Assembly: GCA_015066845.1 (NCBI GenBank)
Contig: SVNO01000002.1
Location: forward strand, 18,351-82,350
Direction: 5' to 3'
Length of the DNA: 64,000 bases
Origin: Ruminococcus sp.
GTDB taxonomy: Bacteria; Bacillota; Clostridia; Oscillospirales; Ruminococcaceae
Shown here: positions 57,395 to 64,000 of the stretch, one piece after another
Layout of the letters: the number at the start of each line of letters is the position of its first letter
Position numbering within the stretch: the stretch's first letter is position 1
Position numbers and translations under genes: made by a program
Notes under the pieces: generated by a model
Databases searched by the model: none
Told to the model about the DNA's origin: nothing
What the model saw: only the letters and a program-made list of their open reading frames with translations

Positions 57395-57784
57395 ATGGAA
57401 CTTTGCAGAATTCAAGGCGAATTTGAAGCCGTAGAGCTTGCCGAGCTTGCAGCCGGCAGAGTGCGCCGCAGCACGGACGGCATCCGGAAAATCATGATAC
57501 AGGCATTGGGCAGAGTCAGCAATGTCCCGACAAACCGCCAGCGTTTCACCATGCTGCCTGCCAACATGCGCATGGAGAATTATGCCACTGCCGTGATGAT
57601 TTCCGAAATCAGCGACGACGTGCTGCCCGAACCCAACCTGCGCCGGACTGCCCGTTTGCAGGTCATCTGCGATGTACGCTCCGCCGACCGTGTGTATTCC
57701 CTCCTGCTTGCAGCTGGGGCAGGAAATCTGCGTAATTATGCGCATTCCCATAATTCCGGAGAATGTGACAAAATACGCACTTGA
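57395..57784 (+). CDS. Hypothetical protein
   Basis: 129-aa ORF with a GAGGAAAA RBS upstream of the ATG at 57395, co-directional with and 148 nt upstream of the S1-domain gene. The competing minus-strand ORF looks like an antisense shadow. Confidence 0.5.
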   Translation: MELCRIQGEFEAVELAELAAGRVRRSTDGIRKIMIQALGRVSNVPTNRQRFTMLPANMRMENYATAVMISEISDDVLPEPNLRRTARLQVICDVRSADRVYSLLLAAGAGNLRNYAHSHNSGECDKIRT

Positions 57785-57932
57785 CAAGTTGCCGAAAATG
57801 TGTTAGCATTAAAGTAACACATCCGGCATGATGGCAGCGCAATGCATTCTGCGCGTTGGCATAGTGTTCCGGATTGCTGCATAGGATATGTTGGAACTGA
57901 TTTGTTCCCCAACTAACACATCGGAGGTTAAA

Positions 57933-58874
57933 ATGATGATGACAACTTTTTATCAGCCCGAAGGCGCATTGCTTGATACTGCAGAAAACAAGGCAGCCGT
58001 TGCCACCGCACAAAGTCTGCTGCAGGCACAGGCAACAGGACGCATTCTCGAAGCGCGTGCAACCATGTGCGACAGCAGCCACAATCTCTGGGTAAATCTG
58101 CCCTGTATGCGCGGCATTATTCCCCGTGAGGAGGGTGCAGTGGGTATTGCCGAGGGCGAGCTGCGTGACATCGCGCTCATTGCCCGTGTCGGAAAGCCCG
58201 TATCGTTCTGCGTTCTGCGCATTGAAACGGACGAGAACGGCGAACCGGTCGCTGTTCTTTCGCGCCGTATGGTGCAGGAGCAGTGCATGGAGCGTTATCT
58301 TGCGCATCTCCAGCCCGGTGATGTAATTGATGCCAGAGTGACGCATCTTGAGCCGTTCGGTGCATTTGTGGACATCGGCTGCGGCATTGTGTCCATGGTG
58401 CCGATTGACACCATTTCCGTTTCCCGTATCTCCCATCCGTCCGACCGTTTCACAGTAGGGCAGTGCGTCCGTGTGATTATCAAGGCAGTACAGGGCAAGC
58501 GCATTTGTTTGTCCCACAAGGAGCTTTTGGGTACATGGGAGGAGAATGCTGCATTGTTCCATGTTGGCGAAACGACCTGCGGCATTGTACGTTCTGTAGA
58601 AAAATACGGTGTATTCATTGAATTGATGCCGAATCTTGCCGGTCTTGCGGAGCTGCGCCAGCCCGTCCGTCCCGGTCAGCGCACGAGCGTGTACATCAAG
58701 GCATTGATTCCGGAAAAGCTCAAGGTCAAGCTGATTCTGGTGGATGTCTGTGAGGACGTAGCCACTCCCGATCCGATTCGTTATTTCTACAATGATTCCC
58801 ACATTGACCGTTGGGTATACACCCCTGAAAATTCCGGCAAGCATATTGAAACAGTATTTGACGGAACCATGTAA
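57933..58874 (+). CDS. S1 RNA-binding domain protein (about 3 S1 repeats)
   Basis: GDVIDARVTHLEPFGAFVDIGCGIVSMV and GETTCGIVRSVEKYGVFIELMPNLAGLA S1 motifs; GGAGG RBS. Confidence 0.8.
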   Translation: MMMTTFYQPEGALLDTAENKAAVATAQSLLQAQATGRILEARATMCDSSHNLWVNLPCMRGIIPREEGAVGIAEGELRDIALIARVGKPVSFCVLRIETDENGEPVAVLSRRMVQEQCMERYLAHLQPGDVIDARVTHLEPFGAFVDIGCGIVSMVPIDTISVSRISHPSDRFTVGQCVRVIIKAVQGKRICLSHKELLGTWEENAALFHVGETTCGIVRSVEKYGVFIELMPNLAGLAELRQPVRPGQRTSVYIKALIPEKLKVKLILVDVCEDVATPDPIRYFYNDSHIDRWVYTPENSGKHIETVFDGTM

Positions 58875-58880
58875 ACGACG

Positions 58881-58911
58881 ATCCCCCTGCTGTCCGGCAG
58901 GGGGATTTTTT
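58881..58911 (+). terminator. Intrinsic terminator after the S1-domain gene
   Basis: Stem ATCCCCCTGC/GCAGGGGGAT followed by TTTTTT. Confidence 0.8.
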
Positions 58912-59071
58912 GAAAAATGAGAATAATTCCGCATCTCCACGGATGCAACCGTTTTAGAACCTGTTCACATAACATAAATATGCAGGTTTTCGAGCATCAA
59001 TTTTATGCAGACTGCGTGAAATTTTGCCGAAAAGATGCGTATGAGATTTTAATGTGAACAGGCTCTTAGTA

Positions 59072-59506
59072 TTACAAATACAACCGGATATCAACAGCCA
59101 GTTCATCTTCCTCACGGATGAGCCGCTTGGTGATGTCCTTGGACTTCTCATCCGCAGCCTTGTACTGGTTCAGATAACGAGCCAGTGACTTCACGCCCAT
59201 GTGACAGCCCTCGGTGATAAAATCCGCAACGGCTGCATCGGAATCCTCCACTGCAAGCGTGATATTGGTCTTGAACCATTCCATGCCCTTTGCCATTGCT
59301 GCCGGCTCTTTGCCGTCATCATGGTAGACAGCGAGCAATTCCTGCATATCCGCAGCAATCAGCTCATGCTGTTCCAGACTGCGTTCGAGAATCCGCCGGA
59401 ATTCGTCATTCTTGACGTATTTCACGGAATCTCGAATGGACGAAATGCCCATTTTAATGCCTGCATCGCACTCGCGCAGCAGGCGGATGGTATCCTGTTC
59501 AATCAT
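59072..59506 (-). CDS. Four-helix-bundle (ferritin-like/DUF2383-like) protein, function unknown
   Basis: All-helical heptad-like sequence (IRLLRECDAGIKMGISSIRD...EGCHMGVKSLARYL). The ATG at 59506 lies 7 nt after GGGAGA. Confidence 0.65.
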   Translation of the reverse strand: MIEQDTIRLLRECDAGIKMGISSIRDSVKYVKNDEFRRILERSLEQHELIAADMQELLAVYHDDGKEPAAMAKGMEWFKTNITLAVEDSDAAVADFITEGCHMGVKSLARYLNQYKAADEKSKDITKRLIREEDELAVDIRLYL

Positions 59507-59696
59507 ATACATTCTCCCGATATTCCGTTCTTTTCCATTATACGGAAAAGATGTGATCGCAGACATGTCTGCGGTTTATTCTGTGCGGTTTTCGGGGAAT
59601 TATACGGAGAATAGAGATTTTGGATGGCTTGACGTTTCAGAATTACCGTGCGATGAACGGAACTGACAAAAAACAACAGGACAATGGCGAAATTGA

Positions 59697-59725
59697 TTGA
59701 CATATGTAGAAAAAAATAGTATAAT
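59697..59725 (+). promoter_or_regulatory. Promoter of the heparinase II/III-like gene (perfect TTGACA-17-TATAAT)
   Basis: Hexamers at 59697-59702 and 59720-59725. Confidence 0.75.
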
Positions 59726-59754
59726 ATAGATAAAACAACCAAGGAGGTATCGCT

Positions 59755-61896
59755 ATGAAAAAACAGCTATTGAGCATTTTGCTTGTACTGGTCATGATCA
59801 TCGGTATCATGCCGGTCAATGCATTTGCAGAAAACAACAGTGCAGACGCTTCTGAAACGGAGTCATACGGCACATTCATTGACGGTGAACAGGTTCTCAG
59901 AGATATGCTTGAAGCGAACGGAATGTATGCCCATCCGCGCATCATCATGTCTGAGGAACGGTTTGCGAAGTTGAAGAAAAGCGTCGGGAGTGATTCCGTC
60001 ACAGGTGTTCTTCTTGAAAAACTGCGCAGTGAAGCCGACAGAATCCTGACTGCGCCCGTAGCGCAATATGAGATCCCCGATGGCATCCGACTGCTTGAAA
60101 CATCCAAACGAATCCAGCGTCGTGTTGCCGCCCTTGCAATGGCGTACAATATTTTCGGCGAGGAACAATATGCGCAGCGGTGCTATGCAGAGCTTGAAGC
60201 GGCATGTCATTTCAAGGACTGGAATCCCAGACATTTTCTCGATACGGCTGAAATGACAACGGCGTTCGCTCTCGGCTATGACTGGCTGTATCATTGGATG
60301 AATGAGGAGCAAAGGGCATTGCTCAGAGAGAACATGATTGAAAAAGGACTTAATCAAGTGATGGAGGATTACGAGGACAAGCCACGGGAACGTACCTACA
60401 AGTGGTATCAGGACTATCCCGGCGACAACTGGAAACTTGTCTGCAACGGCAGTATGAGCATGGCGGCACTTGCCATCGGCGATGAAGCGGATGCAAAAGA
60501 CATTGCTTCCGATGTGCTGAACTATGCCTACAAGGAATCCTACTCCTTTGTCCGCCGTGCCTACAGCGCAAAGGACGGCACATACAGTGAAGGACTGGGT
60601 TACTGGGATTATGCTACTTATTATCTTGGTTTGCTTTCCTCCTCACTGATCAGCACCACCGGAACCGACTATGGTCTTGCTGATTATGAAGGCGTCCGCA
60701 AGTCTGTTGATTTTGTCCGCTATATGAGCTCAAATACCCCGAAATCCTTTAGCTTCGGCGATGATGGTGACAGCCGTGATACGGGATGGGCAGTGCTTCT
60801 GTGGCTGGCAGAGTATTACCAGTCGTACGATTACGCTTTGACTCGTCTTAAGAAAATAGAAAACGATAGCTTTTATTATCTGGATGTTCTCTGGATTGAT
60901 GAGGAAAAGACTTCTGAAGCATCCAAGGATAGTCCCACGGACTGGGGAGAGGTCGGTGCATCCAATGCGAGCTTTAGAAATACATGGGACGAAAGCGGCA
61001 TCGTGACAGCACTTCATGCCGGTGAAAATAATTATAAGTATCACGGACACTACGATTTGGGTACATTCTACCTTGAATCGAACGGCGCAAGATTTTTCAC
61101 AGACCTTGGCAATGAGAACTACGAGCTGGACAATCGCAAGTATTCCTATCGCATCAGAGCCGAGGGACATAATACGCTTGTCATCAATCCCTCCACGGAG
61201 CTTGACCAGGCAGAGGGTGCGGAATGTCTGATTACCGAATTCAGTGCAGGGGACGAAGCCTATGCCCTCACGGATTTGACTGCCGCGTATGCACAAAGCG
61301 GTGCAGAACGTGTTGTCCGCGGTCTGAAAATGATAAAAGAGCACGAATGCGTGATCGTGCAGGATGAAATTTCCCTGAAAGAAAACGGCGAAATTTACTG
61401 GTTTGCGCATACCAAAGGACAAATTGCAGTTGCAGACGATGGCAGAAGTGCGGTTGTGACTGTTGGTTCTGAGAGAATGTGGGTAGAAATCATCAGTGAA
61501 GACGGGAAATTTACCGTGATGAATGCCGAATCGCTGCCGACATCCCTCAGCGTTCCCAACCAGAGCGACAACAGCGAATACCGAAAGCTTGCTGTTCATC
61601 TGACCAATACCAAGGAAGCTGCAATTGCAGTTGCCTGCATTCCGCTGAAAGAGGGCGAATCCAAGCCAGCATGGATTCCGTCCATGAATGCGTTGTCCGA
61701 GTGGGCACCCAAAGTGATAGAGGGGGATGTCAATGCGGACGGGCAATGCAGTGTTGCGGATGTAATTGCACTCCAGAAATGGCTGCTCTGTGTTCCGGAT
61801 GCTGCACTGGCTGACTGGAAAGCCGGCGACCTGTGCGAGGACGGCAGAATTGACGCATTTGATTTGTGCATGATGAAACGGAAACTATGGAAGTAA
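59755..61896 (+). CDS. Secreted heparinase II/III-like polysaccharide lyase with a C-terminal type-I dockerin
   Basis: Signal peptide; alpha/alpha-toroid N domain (HPRIIMSEERFAKLKK, RIQRRVAALAMAY, DWNPRHFLD); heparinase II/III C domain (YKYHGHYDLGTFYLESNGARFFTDLG, RAEGHNTL); dockerin GDVNADGQCSVADV...GDLCEDGRIDAFD. Confidence 0.85.
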   Translation: MKKQLLSILLVLVMIIGIMPVNAFAENNSADASETESYGTFIDGEQVLRDMLEANGMYAHPRIIMSEERFAKLKKSVGSDSVTGVLLEKLRSEADRILTAPVAQYEIPDGIRLLETSKRIQRRVAALAMAYNIFGEEQYAQRCYAELEAACHFKDWNPRHFLDTAEMTTAFALGYDWLYHWMNEEQRALLRENMIEKGLNQVMEDYEDKPRERTYKWYQDYPGDNWKLVCNGSMSMAALAIGDEADAKDIASDVLNYAYKESYSFVRRAYSAKDGTYSEGLGYWDYATYYLGLLSSSLISTTGTDYGLADYEGVRKSVDFVRYMSSNTPKSFSFGDDGDSRDTGWAVLLWLAEYYQSYDYALTRLKKIENDSFYYLDVLWIDEEKTSEASKDSPTDWGEVGASNASFRNTWDESGIVTALHAGENNYKYHGHYDLGTFYLESNGARFFTDLGNENYELDNRKYSYRIRAEGHNTLVINPSTELDQAEGAECLITEFSAGDEAYALTDLTAAYAQSGAERVVRGLKMIKEHECVIVQDEISLKENGEIYWFAHTKGQIAVADDGRSAVVTVGSERMWVEIISEDGKFTVMNAESLPTSLSVPNQSDNSEYRKLAVHLTNTKEAAIAVACIPLKEGESKPAWIPSMNALSEWAPKVIEGDVNADGQCSVADVIALQKWLLCVPDAALADWKAGDLCEDGRIDAFDLCMMKRKLWK
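61714..61893 (+). other. Type-I dockerin module
   Basis: Two Ca-binding repeats, DVNADGQCSVADVIALQKWLL and DLCEDGRIDAFDLCMMKRKL. Confidence 0.8.
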
Positions 61897-62010
61897 TCAG
61901 ATGGGGTGGACTCTATGCCTGCTCTAAGCAGCCTTTTCGGCATCTTAATACATAGAGTATGTCTGCGGAGTGATCTAAAAAAGCTGTCAACCTGAATCCA
62001 AAACAGAAAA

Positions 62011-62049
62011 ACACTCCCTCTCCTTAGATCGGCAGAGGGAGTGTTTGTT
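62011..62049 (+). terminator. Terminator hairpin after the heparinase-like gene
   Basis: 11-bp stem ACACTCCCTCT/AGAGGGAGTGT followed by TTGTTG (weak T-run). Confidence 0.6.
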
Positions 62050-62218
62050 GATTGATGCAATCACAGATAACAGTGGTTTCCGCCCTCCGCCCGAAGCATC
62101 TCACGCCTCCGGCTGTCCGGCATCTCTTTCCTTTTTATCATAACAAATCAATCGGGCGTTTGTCAAGGGATGGTATCCTGTCCGCAGATTGATACAGCCC
62201 TTCAATCAGGACTGCATA

Positions 62219-62247
62219 TTGAAATTCAAGGGTATCTGTGATATAAT
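62219..62247 (+). promoter_or_regulatory. Promoter of the beta-helix gene (TTGAAA-17-TATAAT)
   Basis: Hexamers at 62219-62224 and 62242-62247. Confidence 0.65.
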
Positions 62248-62274
62248 GAAAAAAACAGTTAAGGAGGAACCCAT

Positions 62275-64000
62275 ATGAAATCAAAACTCATATCCACCAT
62301 CCTTGCGGCGGCTGTTATGATTGCATTTTTACCCTCTGCAATCACTGCTTCCAATGCAGACGCTCTGGAAGAATATACGGTAATGGACGAAATTCACGGA
62401 GTCAATGATTCTGTATTCTACATTGCAAGACCTGATGAAGCTTCACTGACTGTCATCAATGCGTCACAGTTCGGATTGTCCGCTGATGCGGAGGATAACA
62501 CACAGGCGATGCGGAATGCCTTTGATTATTGCAGGCAGCATCCCAATACCAAGCTTGTGATTGATAAGGGAATCTATCATTTCAGTCCGGAGGAAGATAT
62601 CTACCTGAACAGACTGCAAAATACGCTGGTTGATGCCAATAATGCTGAATTTATTTTCAGCACGCCGCATTATTTCAAAGTATATGCCTGTGATAATGTC
62701 GAAATCAGAAATATGATCGTTGACTGGGACTGGGATACACTGCGGCTTGGCTCTCTTGTAAAAATCGAAAATGAAAATGATGCAGACAATACGCTTGAAA
62801 TAGAATTCACCGAACTCGATGAAGTCGATGCAGATATCCCTCTGTTAAGCTTCATGCAGTATGATCCTGTCGATCTTGTGGCAGGGGTTCATGGAAGCTT
62901 TAAAATATACAGTCCTTCTGTGGATACGGAATGTATCAAAAATGTTGAAAAAGTGGAAGGCAAACCAAACGTGCTGAAGGTCACACACAGCGGTGCATTG
63001 GATTATTTCCGCAATGATGAAGTCTATCTGCTCCGTCATTATGTTTACGGCGGACAGGTTTTCAATACTGTGGAAGAATCCAGCAACATCACCTACAACA
63101 ATATCAGCATCTATGGTGCCTGCGGTATGGGATATGTCTTTGCATACGGCTCAAATCACTATCAGATCATCAATTCCTATATTGGCTTACGTCCCGGTGC
63201 GGAAGATAAGTACAGAATTTCCACAACAGCCGATGGCATTCATGTTTCCAACTCAGGAGGCTATTTCCGTATTGATAACTGTGACCTGAGCTTTTGTGGT
63301 GATGACATTCTCAATGTACACAGCAACATGTTTTATATCGAAAGCATTGATGAGAGCAGAACGGTTTTAGAGGGGACTGTCCCGAATAAAATCGTTGAAC
63401 CGGGGCATACATTGAGTTTTATGGATCTGCACTTCAATCCCATCGACTGTGAAGCAACCGTTGCATCCATCACAAGAAATGGATTTAAGGCAACGATCAC
63501 GCTGACAGAACCTTTACCGGATATTGTCACTGTGGATATGGCTGCGTATAACAAGAACAGGCACTCAGCAAATTATGTTCTGACGAATAACTATGTTCAC
63601 GAAACAAAGGGACGTGGATTTCTGCTGAATAGTGATAACGGACTCTGCGACGGAAATACATTCTACCGCACATGCAGTCAGACATTACAGGTCCGCACAG
63701 ACATTCCGAGCGATAAAGTCATTGAGGGAACGGGTGCAGACCATATTCAGATCAGTAATAATACATTTATCGAGTGTAATTTCGGCGGCAGAGGTGATGT
63801 TATTACCATTGAAAGTCTGCTGAATGGTGAACGTGTTCAGAATACTCCGTTAGCAGAAATCAGTGTGACGGACAACCAGTTCACTTCGTGCTATCAGGAG
63901 GTCATCAATGCGGACAATGTGAATGGCTTTACAATTGAGAACAATATTATCAGGGATTGCGAAAACTACATCATTGGCGAACATTGCAAAAACGTAAAAG
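62275..64000 (+). CDS. Secreted right-handed parallel beta-helix (pectin-lyase-fold) protein; 5' partial, continues past the window end
   Basis: Not in the ORF track because no stop falls within the window. My own translation is open for 575 codons from the ATG at 62275 (AAGGAGGA RBS). It begins MKSKLISTILAAAVMIAFLPSAITA (signal peptide). Other motifs: FGLSADAEDNTQAMRNAFDYCRQHPNTKLVIDKGIYHF, and PbH1-like repeats (NITYNNISIYGACGMG, ADGIHVSNSGGYFRIDNCDLSFCGDDILNVHS, NNTFIECNF, ENNIIRDC). Confidence 0.8.
   Translation, partial: MKSKLISTILAAAVMIAFLPSAITASNADALEEYTVMDEIHGVNDSVFYIARPDEASLTVINASQFGLSADAEDNTQAMRNAFDYCRQHPNTKLVIDKGIYHFSPEEDIYLNRLQNTLVDANNAEFIFSTPHYFKVYACDNVEIRNMIVDWDWDTLRLGSLVKIENENDADNTLEIEFTELDEVDADIPLLSFMQYDPVDLVAGVHGSFKIYSPSVDTECIKNVEKVEGKPNVLKVTHSGALDYFRNDEVYLLRHYVYGGQVFNTVEESSNITYNNISIYGACGMGYVFAYGSNHYQIINSYIGLRPGAEDKYRISTTADGIHVSNSGGYFRIDNCDLSFCGDDILNVHSNMFYIESIDESRTVLEGTVPNKIVEPGHTLSFMDLHFNPIDCEATVASITRNGFKATITLTEPLPDIVTVDMAAYNKNRHSANYVLTNNYVHETKGRGFLLNSDNGLCDGNTFYRTCSQTLQVRTDIPSDKVIEGTGADHIQISNNTFIECNFGGRGDVITIESLLNGERVQNTPLAEISVTDNQFTSCYQEVINADNVNGFTIENNIIRDCENYIIGEHCKNVK

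Noticed and set aside
57365-57787. A 140-aa minus-strand ORF opposite the hypothetical gene at 57395-57784.
   Set aside because: It has no RBS, its composition is Cys/His/Gly-rich like an antisense shadow, and it would converge head-on into the DUF951 promoter region. The plus-strand ORF is preferred, though only at moderate confidence.
1-64000. A search for tRNA, rRNA, CRISPR arrays, transposases, integrases, toxin-antitoxin pairs or known defence genes.
   Set aside because: I saw no T-loop or acceptor-like tRNA signatures, no rRNA-like stretches, no regularly spaced direct repeats, and no recombinase, nuclease or defence-type motifs in any ORF. Their absence rests on reading by eye, not on tRNAscan or HMM tools.

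Overview
This is a 64-kb chromosomal window from a Gram-positive anaerobe of the Clostridia. Two type-I dockerin modules, the gene order and a GC content in the mid-50s % (judged by eye) suggest a cellulosome-producing Ruminococcus/Oscillospiraceae-like organism. No database search was possible. Most of the window is conserved housekeeping: engB, adhE, mutS2-recO-era-ybeY-phoH, infC-rpmI-rplT, and an 18.8-kb co-directional string running trmH-family, dprA, topA, trmFO, plsX, rnc, radical SAM, smc, ftsY, rdgB, yhbY, nadD, yqeK, LCP, rsfS, leuS. This is followed by rpsU, yqeG-aroQ-pepP, efp, an ABC-F ATPase, pdxK, xth, coaE, tsaC and prfA. Accessory content comprises a dockerin-bearing PL11 rhamnogalacturonan lyase, a dockerin-bearing heparinase II/III-like lyase, a secreted beta-helix protein that runs off the 3' end, and a sugar-sensor-GGDEF fusion. 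The most interesting feature is a tightly packed operon (46.3-51.8 kb) encoding an MBOAT, a DHHW (AlgX/DltD-like) protein, an FkbH-like HAD/acyl loader and a carrier protein. It looks like a Dlt-type envelope acylation pathway in which the D-Ala ligase is replaced by a glyceryl-loading enzyme. Other points: a 300-nt non-coding cluster of G/C-tract hairpins and G-quadruplex motifs upstream of adhE, an rpsU gene absent from the ORF track, an L20-leader-like attenuator with a probable non-canonical infC start, and many perfect TTGACA-17-TATAAT promoters. I found no rRNA, tRNA, CRISPR array, transposase or integrase. All family assignments rest on motifs I recognise in the translations. GC and codon-usage statements are visual estimates, not computed values.
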